A DNA stretch of 64,000 nt, from NCBI GenBank assembly GCA_027923505.1, contig BROI01000009.1:930001-994000 (forward strand). The letters run 5' to 3'. Made by a program: the position numbers and the translations under genes. Every line of letters starts with the position of its first letter. The stretch's first letter is position 1. Under the pieces are notes generated by a model, which was given only the letters and a program-made list of their open reading frames with translations, had not been told where the DNA came from and searched no databases. This document shows positions 1 through 13,403 of the stretch, piece after piece. This stretch comes from Mayamaea pseudoterrestris. Its lineage: Eukaryota.

Positions 1-1600
1 TGTCAAGGCATCTGCGGGCTGAGACTGGTGACAAGTTGTCACCAAATACATTGCAGTCCCCTGAGACACCAGCCAGGCATACCATCTTGTAGCGCATCCC
101 ATATAATGATGTTGGCACCATTCTGGTGTCATTTGGGTGTATACATGGCCTGCTGTAGGGGCATTTGAATGTCAAGGCATCTGCGGGCTGAGACTGGTGA
201 CAAGTTGTCACCAAATACATTGCCGTCCCCTGAGACAAAAGCCAGGCATACCATCTTGTACCATAGCTTTAATAATGTGTTGGCACCATTCTGGTGTCAT
301 TTGGGTGTATACATGACCTGCTGTAGGCGTGTTTGAATGCCAAGGCATCTGCAGGCTGAGACTGGTGACAAGTTGTCACCAAATACATTGCCGTCCCCTG
401 AGACACCAGCCAGGCATACCATCTTGTAGCGCAGCCTAAATAATGATGTTGGCACCATTCTGGTGTCATTTGGGTGTATACATGGCCTGCTGTAGGGGCA
501 TTTGAATGTCAAGGCATCTGCGGGCTGAGACTGGTGACAAGTTGTCACCAAATACATTGCAGTCCCCTGAGACACCAGCCAGGCATACCATCTTGTAGCG
601 CATCCCATATAATGATGTTGGCACCATTCTGGTGTCATTTGGGTGTATACATGGCCTGCTGTAGGGGCATTTGAATGTCAAGGCATCTGCGGGCTGAGAC
701 TGGTGACAAGTTGTCACCAAATACATTGCAGTCCCCTGAGACACCAGCCAGGCATACCATCTTGTAGCGCATCCCATATAATGATGTTGGCACCATTCTG
801 GTGTCATTTGGGTGTATACATGGCCTGCTGTAGGGGTGTTTGAATGTCAAGGCATCTGCAGGCTGAGACTGGTGACAAGTTGCACCCAAATACATTGCAG
901 TCCCGGAGACACCAGCCAGCCATCTGTCCTAAATAATGATGTTGGTACCATTCTGGTGTCATTTGGGTGTATACATGGCCTGCTGTAGGGGCATTTGAAT
1001 GTCAAGGCATCCAGGCTGAGACTGGTGACAAGTTGTCACCAAATACATTGCAGTCCCCTGAGACACCAGCCAGGCATACCATCTTGTAGCGCATCCCATA
1101 TAATGATGTTGGCACCATTCTGGTGTCATTTGGGTGTATACATGGCCTGCTGTTGGGGTGTTTAAATGTCAAGGCATCTGCCGGCTGAGATTGGTGACAA
1201 GTTGTCACCAGATACATTGCAGTCCCCTGAGACACCAGCCAGGCATAACATTTTGTATCGCAGCCTGAAAAATGATGTTGGCACCATTCTGGTGTTATTT
1301 GGGTGTATACATGGCCTGGGGTGCGTTTTGAATGTCAAGGCATCTGCAGGCTGAGACTGGTGACAAGTTGTCACCAAATACATTGCCGTCCCCTGAGACA
1401 AAAGCCAGGCATACCATCTTGTAGCGCATCCCATATAATGATGTTGGCACCATTCTGGTGTCATTTGGGTGTATACATGGCCTGCTGTAGGGGCATTTGA
1501 ATGTCAAGGCATCGGTGGGCTGAGACTGGTGACAAGTTGTCACCAAATACATTGCAGTCCCCTGAGACACCAGCCAGGCATACTATCCTGTAGCGCATCC
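1..1600. repeat. 169-bp tandem satellite, array A (about 9.5 units, runs off the left window edge)
   Basis: GAGACTGGTGACAAGTTGTCACCA recurs every 169 nt (21, 190, 359, 528, 697...). Units near 900-1020 carry small deletions. Confidence 0.97.
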
Positions 1601-1634
1601 AAGCTTTATTCCATGGTGAGACTTTTTCATTGAT

Positions 1635-1850
1635 AGCCGTTGAAAATGAGTTATTGGCACTGTGCTCCAGGAATGTACTATGATAGCCATTGAAAATCAA
1701 AGTTTTCACACTGGTTCAGAGTGTAGCATTGACAGCTATTGAAAATCAAATTGTGTGGCACTGTGCTCCGGAATGTACTTTGATGCCGTTGAAAATCAAA
1801 GTTTTGCACACTGTTTCGTATAGTTGTGTTAAATCAATTTTGCCACTGTT
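1635..1850. repeat. Degenerate ~50-bp minisatellite (TTGAAAATCAAAGTTTT..GGCACT family), 4-5 units
   Basis: TTGAAAAT at about 1639, 1690, 1739 and 1789. Same core as the array at 35358-35667. Confidence 0.75.
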
Positions 1851-2722
1851 CTCCGTATTTATTACTTCGATTTGGTGAAATCAGTGACATCAATCAAGAC
1901 ACTGTTTGTGCTCAAGTCATTCATTTTTGGCATCGGAATAGATACCATGAAAATCAACATTTTTGCTTGGTTGTTGAAAATCTGGTGTGGCACTTCGTTT
2001 ACTCAGACAAAAGATCGACAACGGGAGCGCAGGGAACAAAACAATCACCAACACGCAATGGCAACATAACAATTCAACCGTCAGCGCAAGCTGAAACAAC
2101 GCGCGACCAACCATATGACGTACAAGGTGATTGCGCGGACGAACTCTGTCTTGTTTTTGATTCTTTGGAGCGTCTCCGAAACACGTGGCGAAAATTACCT
2201 AATAACAACAATCGCAATCAGATGGCGACAGACGCAACAACAACGAGCAGTCAAGCATGAATCAACATACAAGCTGCTTGCCGGACGTTCAGCAATCTGT
2301 CAAATGAGTCGCAGAAAGATGTTGCACTTCTCGAACCACCACCACACGAGAACAATGCGATGCTGACAAAGATCGGACTCCGACTCCAACACGCTCCTCG
2401 ATTTGCTGCGCATTTGAAACTCTTTGTACTGGGCTGAGCGTAAAGTCTTCAGGCGCAATAAAAAAGCATTCCAAGCAAGGGTTTTTTGGTGAGAAACTGT
2501 GGAACGGCCAAATGATGGCAGAAATGCCGACATGACAAGTGCGCTTTTGTAAGCAAAGCAGCGTCAATTTACATGATGGCAAGGAACTTGTGCATGGCTT
2601 GCGGCCAGGTTTGCTCGGCAAGGGGGTGCACCTATTTCAGGTGATACTGGGATGTTTTACGCAACCCTCTGGCGGGGTCTTTTGGCATAATCACTTACGC
2701 AGTTGCAACTTGACGAGGTTGG

Positions 2723-5694
2723 CTATCCCTGGAAAATTGACTCATCAGGGGCTATTGGATCTTCAGTAATGGGAAATACTTTGATCGCCGGTTTGGTCCA
2801 TTCATAGCACTGCCGTGCGCACAGCAAACAGATAATCTCCACCACATATGGCACAAAGAATGTTTCAGAGATCAGCCCTCTTCCCTCATACGTGAACGTA
2901 AATGCCTCGCTGTCTTGTTTTTGCTGCTTGCGCTCGACTACGGCACTACGCAGTTGCTCAATATTTTCGAACAAATACTTGAGTGCTTTAAACAATCGCT
3001 GTTCGAGCATTGCCCACTTCTAACAAACTGGATGCTGCAGTGATAAGTTTTTGAATGCGACCGACTTCAGTTTTCGGTAAAAGGCGTAGCTGAAAAGGAG
3101 TTGGTGTGAGGCAAGCGACATTAAAAGATGCGACTTTTCCGCGTCTCGTACTATAAATAAAAACATACCTTGCGCCGTCAGTCAACTTTTTAAATTCCAC
3201 TTGGTGGTAGACCATTGACGTAGACCAAGTAATTGCGATCATGCTCTTTGTCGCGAAACATTGTTTCCACAACTTGCAGCAGTGTTCCGGGCATGCTTCC
3301 CGGCATGGCGATCGGATGAGAAAGGTCCTCCTCGTCAACGTCAGGATACGATCTTGCTTCAGTGCGTATCGCTCATTGATGAGAGTGTCACGGACGCGCG
3401 AGTCGCATTGCAGCGTACTCATGCAGGTCGGAAATGGACGAGAGACGACAAATTCATCAAGATATGGCGAAGCGCATTGCCAACAAAAAGCCGCATCGTG
3501 GTAGTCGATCTAAGTTGAAGCAGGTCAATGACCGGAGCAAGCAAAAGCACTAACACTGAACCCAAATTAATGTCGTTGATGTTTCTCTCTTTGTACCAGT
3601 TTACGATTGCCACCATGACTCCGACGAAAGGCATCCCTTCCAGAGGACAAGTCTTGAGAAAAAAATAGACAGCAAAATGATAATGACGTAAAGGTGCGAG
3701 AGTGATCGAAACGGGGAACGTTCGAGACATTGCATGCGGCTCATCTGGTTCATTGCTGTGGCATTCAATCCATTCGGTCCATGCGCTCGCTGCAAAGTCC
3801 AGTGCAGCATAATTCTTCAAGGAAGTTGATATGTACAGCGTCCGCAACAGCGGCAAGACGAGCGTATCCAAATCACTGCGGACCGCCAGTGAGTCGGCAA
3901 AAGTTTGCGAGGCTTGCAGCAGAGTATACAGCAGCAAAGCTCCAACCTCTGTATGTGCCGTCAAACCAAACGATTTAAAAAGTGCTTCAAAATTGACTGC
4001 AAGAACTTTGGATGAAACATTCGACGACGAACGAATATATGCTCGTTCGTTTGCATCATCACCGGCAAGCAAAGGTGCCGCTGCCAGTGAAACATCTTCA
4101 CTTGAGATTTGCAAGTTACTTGTCAAGCTTGGCAAATCTGGCAAGCTATTTCCGTCGGCATGCCACCGATTGTCCGTCAACTGGGCGAGTTCGTCGCGAA
4201 ACGGATTCTGCATGGTTTGCATAGTTGCTACGTTTCCTTCACTTGATGATTGCTGCATTCTCCTTTCATTGTTGCTTACGAGCAAGAGCAAACAAGTTGC
4301 CAAATCAGCAACTGGACTGCTCGTAATCCATAGTACATCACGCGTCAAATGCTCGTCGCGTTGCTGCTTCAACTGATGTCGCAAATAGTGCTTGTCGTAG
4401 TCTTCTTTAGTGCTGCTTGAATGAAACAAGTTCAAGGCTAATGAAAGTAATCGCAATGGAAGCAGGAGAATAGTGCTCGACAATGTCCGTACGACGCCCT
4501 TGGTGGCGTCCAATAAAAAATTGTGCTGGCGGTGTGGATCTAGCAGCTGCTGCTGGCGTGAATTGCTGCTGTAACGCAAATGTCCTTCCTCCTGTTGTGT
4601 ATTGCTCTCTTCTTTACTCTGCGGCGCTTCGGCCAAGACGACAACGTGTGTTTCATACATGCCATCCATTCCAACGTGATGATGCGTGGATGCTGCCACG
4701 GAGCGAACAAGCTCCTGCAAGTGCAACTGAACGGATCGTTCCGGAGCGACCGGTCGTTGAATGGTCCAATTTAGCAAGGCTGCAAGCAATTGTCGAGGCG
4801 TCCATGATGTTGCATCTCGAGCTTGCTGCATAAACATGTCCCAAAAGTAGTAGCCACTAATTGTTATTGACGTTGGCCGTGCAAGGCTTGATTGCAAAGG
4901 CGAGTACAGTTGCGACGAAAACAAAATGAGCAGCAACTGAAGAACGCAGGTTGTCGCATCATATAGTTCCGGCGGTGATGACCATGAAAGTGACTGCTGC
5001 TGCGTCTCGAGTAATTGGTGTAGTTGAATCAAGTACTTGACCAGGGCTTCCACCAAGTCACTTCCAACTGCGTGTTCTCGATTCGAGTCTCGACTCCTGT
5101 AGGTAAAAACTTGTTTCAGATAGTCGCATGGATCTTGTAACGAGCAAGAATGAACCATTACTGAATGTATCAAAAGACGCAGCAAGTTCAAGCTTCCTGC
5201 CGTCGTGCGCGCCTTGGCTACCATGGCGATGCGATTAGAAAAGTTGTCGATGCTCGACGCAGAGAAGGTTCCATTTGTACCATTAGCAGGAACCCGCGAG
5301 GATGAAGCATTGACAGGAAGCAAGTCGTTCACTAGTCGTGTAACATGAATACAGAGAGCCGCTAGATTGGACGACTGCGGTGAGTGCAAGATCAATTGAC
5401 TCGTCGCTTGCTGCATCACCGATAGTCGCGATTCCACATGCATCCAAACCCCATAGGCGTGCAGCAACTCGTGCCATCGAGAATCCTGCCAAGACACATG
5501 AGCAGGTCCACATATTTGTAGCAGTATTGCGGCCAATGAATCTGATTCATTCAAGGCAAGGGCCTGTAATGAAATATGAAAAAGTGATGGAATGAGTCGA
5601 ACCAAAAAGGACTACACCGTGGCGAGAGAAACAAACCATCGCTTTCCCTTTACACGACATGGTATCAACATACCTTCTCTGGATCTCCCCACAT
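2723..5694 (-). CDS. DYM: Dymeclin-family protein; 3' third broken by several frameshifts (pseudogene or sequence error)
   Basis: Exon 1 is 5694-5674 (MWGDPEK), then a GT-AG intron 5673-5612, then ORF 5605-3419. Dymeclin-like motifs: LLLYTLLQ..RSDLDTLVLPLLRTLY and WYKERNINDINLGSVLVL. SLSHLYVIIILL (ORF 3601-3810) and FTYE..ETFFVPYV (ORF 2723-3010) lie in other frames. Confidence 0.8.
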
Positions 5695-5924
5695 GATTGT
5701 ACAGCGCGCCAGTCAGAGAAATACGACAAGATGTGAGAAGCAGTAGAGAAGCAAAGCAGAAGTAAATCAATCATCATCGAGTCCATCGAGGCCGTCGATT
5801 CGAGGCGAGTACCAGTTAGACGTTAAGACGTTTTGCAATCAAGCGGTACTGATCGCATCGCATACGACACGAAATTGCCGACCGCAAACGCTTCATCCAT
5901 CGTCGCACAATTCTTTCTTCCACC

Positions 5925-8900
5925 ATGGCGTCCCTTCGACACCGCAAGCAATCGGCCAAGGCGAAGAAGGAGGTCCCGACTTGTGACGAATCGCTTGAGG
6001 AGACAGCAATCAACAATTTGATTACTGAGTCATTGTCGCCGACGAGCGTCACGCCGCTTCATATTCGACACTCGTTGATGCGACTCGACGTGTTTCCCTT
6101 TGGCATCGCGTACATGACCTGGTTTAGTCTGGATCATTCACAGCAACTAGAAGAATATCGCCTAATCATTAGTATTGGACTCTCATTGACGCTGCTACTG
6201 CATCTGTCGCTCGTCCTAGCGTCGACATGGAACGTAGGCGTGCGTGCCAAGGTTGGTTTTCGGACTGTCGGCAAACATGAATCATTGAGCATTTGGACGC
6301 ACGCATTGGTACAAAATCCTCAAGACGGTGAGATTGGAATTGTATTGCTAGAGCACGACGATCAAAACGGTTTAGTGAGATGCAACTTTCACGAGTCCGT
6401 CTTCATTTGCGATTCTCGCGAGCAACGTTTGGATCAAGCGCTTTGGAATGTATCGGAAAATGCAAGCAGCAGCGAGGAAATGAGGAAGAAGACAGTTGCA
6501 TCAAACTCGCACAGCACATCATCACGTATATTTCGACCTCGCTTCTATCCAATTCACTTGCCGCTATCGTTTTACACGTCGACTTGGAAGGGTCATGCCT
6601 CCTTGGATTCCCTTGCCACGGCTCACTCCATATACGGCCCCAATACGTGTGCACTCCAACCACCTACCTACTTGCAACTACTATGTCAGCAATTGATTGC
6701 GCCATTGTTCTTGTTTCAAGTCTTTTGCGTCGGACTATGGTGCCTCGATGAGTACTGGTACTACGCCATTTACACGCTACTAGCCTTACTGCTGTTTGAA
6801 AGCACCGTTGCCTATCAGCGGCATGTTAGTCTCACCAAGCTACAAAGGGCTGGAAGTAACGGAACGCGAGCAAGGCAAAAGGTCTACGTGAGACGGCAAA
6901 TGCAATGGATGCAGGTCTACTCGCACGAGCTTCTTCCTGGCGACATGATGAGTCTATCCTGCAATCAAAAATACTTTGCGGAACATACAACAACGGTGGT
7001 TCCAGCCGACGTTTTGCTCGTTGCCGGCACGGCCGTTTGTGACGAGTCTCTCCTGACGGGCGAGTCGGTGCCCCAGCTCAAGCATGCGCTGGAGGAATCA
7101 CAGTCGCCGCACGACGACGAAACGTTGCTCGATTTGACGGACAAGGAACACAAGGAGTCAATTCTGTTTGCTGGAACCGGTCTCATTGCGGCTACGAATG
7201 CTAATGCTGCGAATGAAGTCATTGCAAAGGGTTCGTCAAACTCTAACGAAAACATATTATACTCACCGCCTGATGGTGGCGTCGTGGCCATCGTACTACG
7301 GACTGGCTTTGAAACGACCCAAGGTTCCTTGCTGCGGACCATGGCGTACTCGTCGTCAAAGTCCGGTGCGCACGGGAATGCCAACATGGATACCTACATT
7401 TTCATTTTTATTCTTCTTTGTTGCGCAATTTTTGCCGCCGCAACTGTTCTTCAGACTGGTTGGCATGACGATCGACGCAACCGGTTTCGACTGCTACTTC
7501 ACGTTGTCATGATCATTACGTCCGTCGTTCCGCCCGAGCTGCCCATGGAATTGAGCTTGGCCGTGACGAATAGCGTGGCGGCGTTGATGCAAAAGTGTCA
7601 AGTCTATTGTACGGAAATCCATCGCATTCCGTGGGCGGGCGCCGTCGATGTCGTTTGTTTCGACAAGACCGGTACATTGACAAGCGACGAAATGCAGCTC
7701 AAGGGTGTCTGCTGCCTGGACGAGGGAGGCACGTCGGTATCATCCGACTTGATTCAGCCAAATGCAGATGACAAGACACTACCAATTCACTCACTCATGG
7801 TCATGGCAGCATGCCATTCACTAGCACTCGTCGGAGATGGCGGTTGGAGCTCCATCGTTGGTGATCCGCTGGAACGAGTAGTCTTGCAGGAAACTGGCTA
7901 TCGACTCATCGGCAACGATACGGTTGCGATGGTGGAGGAGGCCGGTGGTCGAGTTTCGCACGCTTACCATGTACTGCATCGGTACACATTTTCGTCCAAA
8001 ATGAAACGCATGACGACGCTAGTGATGGAAAATGAAGGTCAAGGAATGGTTTATACGCTGAGTAAGGGAGCACCAGAGACGGTCAGAGACATGCTAAAGG
8101 TAGTGCCCGGCCAATACGATGAGACAGCACGTTTTCATATGAGCAAAGGACGACGCGTGCTTGCCATGGCTTATGGCGACGCTGGGAAGCTTAAAGATTT
8201 GCGAAATTTAAAGGCGAACGGGAGAGAAAGCTTTGAGAAAAATCTTGTGTTTGCTGGATTTCTCATTTTGGATTGTCCATTGAAATTGGATTCTAGAACG
8301 GTTGTCACGGAGCTGCGAAAAAGTGGCCACTCTGTGTTGATGTGCACCGGTGATGCGCTCCTGACAGCTGTAGAAGTCGCCAAGCAAGTATCAATAGTCA
8401 AGAGAAAGCACATAGTTTACAATATACAAAAGCGCAGGTCAAAGGCGTTGCATCTATCGGACCCTTTGACGAGCTTTGAATGTGTCTCCCTGGACGAAAA
8501 GTCGGTAGATGCTCCATCGGTCGAATTGTCAAGCAATGCTATAAAGCAACTTAAAGACATGCGGGGAGAAGCGTCGTTCTGCATCACTGGCGACGTATTG
8601 GTCGACTTGGCCGCAGCAGCAGTTTCGCTCAACCGCAAGAATGTCCAGCATTTGGATGAGAAGCATGTTTTGCTACATCCCGATGCGCAATCTGCATTGG
8701 CTCGACTTGTTCCTCTGATTTCGGTCTTTGCACGACATGCACCGCATCAAAAGGAAGCCCTGATTGCTGCATTCAACTGTGGTGGGCACTGTACGCTCAT
8801 GTGCGGTGATGGCACAAACGACGTTGGCGCTTTGAAGCGAGCAAGAGTTGGTATCTCAATACTTTCCGCACCAGAGGTCGAATCGAAGCAGAGGCATGCT

Positions 8901-9883
8901 TCGGAAGCCATTGCCAAGTCGACGCATACAAAGAAAGGCAAAATTGCTCGGAAGCATGGATCAGGGGAAAATCCGCTGCGCCAGCTCCGCGAAGCGGAGA
9001 AGCAGTTAAATGAATTAGAATTAGGCGATGCCTCCGTGGCAGCACCCTTTACTTCCAGGGCTGTGTCCATTAAGTGCTGCAAGGATGTCATTCAACAGGT
9101 GAGTTGACACATTAAAAAATTTTGAGCTGTGAAATTACTTATCTAAGCTGCCAATATCTGCCTCTCTTGCAGGGACGATGTACGTTGGTGACGATGTTAA
9201 GTATCTACAAAATTCTGGGCGTCAATTGTTTAGTCAATGCAATGGTTTTGAGCAAGCTCTTTCTAAATGGAGTCAAGCAGGGTGATCGTCAGATGACAAT
9301 TCTTGGTATAGTTATTACAGCATTGTTCTACTTCGTCACACGAGCGGATCCTTTGCCGATTCTCTCATCCGAGCGGCCGCCATCGTCGGTCATGTGTCTC
9401 CGGGCACTACTGTCGATTGGTATCCAGTGCGCAGTACATTGCTTCACCATTGCGCTTGTGACGGACGTTTCCATTTCTTTTGTTGATCCATTTGATCCTA
9501 GCCTTGTCCCTGACGGGGCATTTAACGCCAACTCGCTAAATACAACAGCGTTTTTGATCACCTGCCTTGCCACGGTCAATACTTTCGCAGTCAACTACAG
9601 AGGTCGCCCATTTATGGCTGACTTGACAGAGAATAAACTCTTTTACCGCAGTCTTCAAGTTTGTTACGCAACGCTTTTCATATTGGTGACAGAATGCTTC
9701 CCGCCGCTGAACGACTTGTTTCAGCTCAGTCAGCTGCCGGCTGTCGTCGTCGACATGGGAGGCAGCAAAGTTAGCGGAGTCTTGTATGGGCTTGTCCTAT
9801 CCGTTGGCTATCCCACCTTTATTGGTGGTCTGATGATGGTGGATACTGTGTTGGTGTATGGGGCTGAGCGCATGCTGCGATGA
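5925..9883 (+). CDS. ATP13A1: P5A-type ATPase (Spf1/ATP13A1 family), 2 exons
   Basis: TGES, PPELPMELS, DKTGT, KGAPE, TGD and GDGTND motifs. Intron 9099-9172 (GTGAGT..TTGCAG) joins IQQ|GRCTLVT. Confidence 0.95.
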
Positions 9884-10280
9884 GAGGTAACTAACTTTGA
9901 AAGCTGCCGCCAATATCGACCCTGTGTGATGAATTTAAAGGACTTAGAAGGTTGTATGCCGTGAGCTCGTGAACACAATCTGCTACATCGTTTTCGCGCA
10001 CCAAATGGCCGGTCTCAAGTTTAAGGTGTAATAAAAAATGCCATAACGCAATTGTCAACTTGTATATACTATATATTTAGACCATCAAGGATCGTCCAGT
10101 GGCACACATCCAATGGCAGCAAACTAGGCAAACGACATCCAACACATCATAATATCTTCATTACTTGGAGCTGCAGTTCACTATGATTACCGGTTTGAAC
10201 ATTCCTTCCAATGCGATCTAAATTAAACCAACCCAATGAGCTTCATGGCATTGCTGGATGAGACTCTGCGAATCCCATTT

Positions 10281-13050
10281 AGGGAGGGGTTCCACACCCA
10301 AGATGACAAGCCTTTGAGTCCAAATCAGATTGAAACACAATGCACATTGTATTCCAATATTGGCAGGCCATTCTGGCAGTCTGAAGTGCCACTTGAGGTG
10401 CACTGCTAGCAGATCCAACAAGGTGTTGGATCTGCAAGCTGAGTCTCACCATGGCATACCTGGTGGTGGAGACTGGAATGGGCGCAACTGACCAAATCAT
10501 TGGCTCATCATGACACCAAACATAAATTGGAAAGGATTTCAGGGCTCCAAAGGCAGCGCTGATGATCCCTGTAGCCAAAAAGGGTGCACTGCTGGCACAT
10601 TCAACCATTGGTTGAATGTGCGGAGTCTCATGGCAAAGGGATGGGTTCCACACCCAAGGTGACAAGCCATTGAGTCCACATCAGATTGAACCACAATGCT
10701 CATTGTATTCCAATATTGGCAGGCCATTCTGGCAGTCTGAAGTGCCACTTGAGGTGCACTGCTAGCAAATCCAACAAGTGGTTGGATCTGCAAGCTTAAT
10801 CTCACCATGGCATACATGGTGGTGGAGACTGGAATGGGCACAACTGACCAAATCATTGGCCCATCATGACACCAAACATGAATTGGAAAGGACTTCAGGG
10901 CTCAGAAGGCAGCGCTGATGATTCCTGTAGCCAAAAAGGGTGCAACGCTGGCACATTCAACCATTGGTTGAATGTGTGGAGTCTCATGGCAAAGGAATGG
11001 GTTCCACACCCAAGGTGACAAGCCTTTGAGTCCTAATCAAATGAAAACACAATGCTCATTGTATTCCTTTGTTGGCAGGCCATTCTGGCAGTCTGAAGTG
11101 CCACTTGAGGTGCACTGCTAGCAAATCCAACAAGTTGTTGGATCTGCAAGCTGAGTCTCACCATGGCATACCTGGTGTTGGAGACTGGAATGGGCGCAAC
11201 TGACCAAATCATTGGCCCATCATGACACCAAACATGAATTGGAAAGGATTTCAGGGCTCCAAAGGCAGCGCTGATGATCCCTGTAGCCAAAAAGGGTGCA
11301 CTGCTGGCACATTCAACCATTGGTTGAATGTGCGGAGTCTCATGGCCAAGGGATGGGTTCCACACCCAAGGTGACAAGCCTCTGAGTCCAAATCGGATTG
11401 AAACACAATGCTCATTGTATTCCTTTATTGGCAGGCCATTCTGGCAGTCTGAAGTGCCACTTGAGGTGCACTGCTAGCAGATCCAACAAGTTGTTGAATC
11501 TGCAAGCTGAGACTCACCATGGCGTACATGGTGGTGGAGACTGGAATGGGTGCAACTGACCAAATCATTGGCCCATCATGACCCCAAACATGAATTGGAA
11601 AGGATTTCAGGGCTCAAAAGACAGCGCTGATGATCCCTGTAGCCAAAAAGGGTGCACTGCTGGCACATTCAACCATTGGTTGAATGTGCGGAGTCTCATG
11701 GCCAAGGGATGGGTTCCACACCCAAGGTGACAAGCCTCTGAGTCCAAATCGGATTGAAACACAATGCTCATTGTATTCCTTTATTGGCAGGCCATTCTGG
11801 CAGTCTGAAGTGCCACTTGAGGTGCACTGCTAGCAGATCCAACAAGTTGTTGGATCTGCAAGCTGAGACTCACCATGGCGTACATGGTGGTGGAACGGAA
11901 TGAGTGGCCCTGCCATCATTGGCCCATCATGACCCAAACATGAAAAAGGATTCTGGGCAAAAGGCAGCGCTGATGATCCCTGTAGCCAAAAAGGGTGCAC
12001 CACTGGCACATTCAACCATTGATTGAATGTGCGGAGTCTCATGGCAAAGGGATGGGTTCCACACCCAAGGGGACAAGCCTTTGAGTCCAAAACAGATTGA
12101 AACACAATGCTCATTGTATTCCTTTATTGGCAGGCCATTCTGGCAGTCTATAGTGCCACTTGAGGTGCACTGCTAGCAGATCCAACAAGTTGTTGGATCT
12201 GCAAGCTGAGTCTCACCATGGCATACATGGTGGTGGAGACTGGAATGGGTGCAACTGACTAAATCATTGGCCCATCATGACACCAAACATGAATTGGAAA
12301 GGACTTCAGGGCTCAGAAGGCAGCGCTGATGATTCCTGTAGCCAAAAAAGGGTGCACCACTGGCACATTCAGCCATTGGTTGAATGTGCGGAGTCTCATG
12401 GCCAAGGGATGACTTCCACACCCATGGTGACAAGCCTTTGAGTCCAAATCGGATTGAAACACAATGCTCATTGTATTCCTTTATTGGCAGGCCATTCTGG
12501 CAGTCTGAAGTGCCACTTGAGGTGCACTGCTAGCAGATCCAACAAGTTGTAGGATCTGCTTTGAGTCCAAAACAGATTGAAACACAATGCTCATTGTATT
12601 CCTTTATTGGCAGGCCATTCTGGCAGTCTATAGTGCCACTTGAGGTGCACTGCTAGCAGATCCAACAAGTTGTTGGATCTGCAAGCTGAGTCTCACCATG
12701 GCATACATGGTGGTGGAGACTGGAATGGGTGCAACTGACTAAATCATTGGCCCATCATGACACCAAACATGAATTGGAAAGGACTTCAGGGCTCAGAAGG
12801 CAGCGCTGATGATTCCTGTAGCCAAAAAAGGGTGCACCACTGGCACATTCAGCCATTGGTTGAATGTGCGGAGTCTCATGGCCAAGGGATGACTTCCACA
12901 CCCATGGTGACAAGCCTTTGAGTCCAAATCGGATTGAAACACAATGCTCATTGTATTCCTTTATTGGCAGGCCATTCTGGCAGTCTGAAGTGCCACTTGA
13001 GGTGCACTGCTAGCAGATCCAACAAGTTGTAGGATCTGCTGAGTCTCACT
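10281..13050. repeat. 356-bp tandem satellite (about 7.5-8 units), rich in palindromes
   Basis: TGAGTCC at 10315, 10671, 11027, 11383, 11739, 12082, 12439, 12562 and 12919. Ends in an exact 480-bp duplication. Confidence 0.96.
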
Positions 13051-13403
13051 ATTGCATACATAAGTGTTTGCTTGCCATGACTAGTTAATTTTGCTTCTTT
13101 TTCTTTATTTCAATATGTAAATGAAGCTTGTGTTGAGGTAGTGTAGGCTACTGCATGCACCATAGTCTGTACCGGTAGAAGGGAGGCGTGGATATCCAAT
13201 TGATCAGGACCTATCGCACCATGACTCCGTCTTGCATGTGAGTCGGATCGGTATTCAAGCAAGCAAGTTGAAGTCGCCTTTGGTTCCGCAGCGAGATCTT
13301 GCTGTCACGCTACGCTCCACCATCCTTATGATATAAATCAGCTTCTCGCTCACATTCAAGTCTTTTTCTACGCATTTCTTCCATCTTTTATACCTGAACA
13401 ATC

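Noticed and set aside
2250..2770. Possible small Cys-rich (CRIPT-like or zinc-finger) gene on the + strand
   Set aside because: Cys motifs are scattered across frames with stops in an error-prone region, so a call cannot be supported.
10555..10710. Hammerhead ribozyme in the 356-mer (CTGATGA ... GAAAC)
   Set aside because: CTGATGA is followed by a stem but not by GAAA. The GAAAC is about 125 nt away and stem I/UH geometry does not form. A cmsearch would be the formal test.
11005..11060. Twister-like loop GGTGACAAGCC..GAGTC
   Set aside because: No UAA cleavage strand or P2 stem in the required positions.
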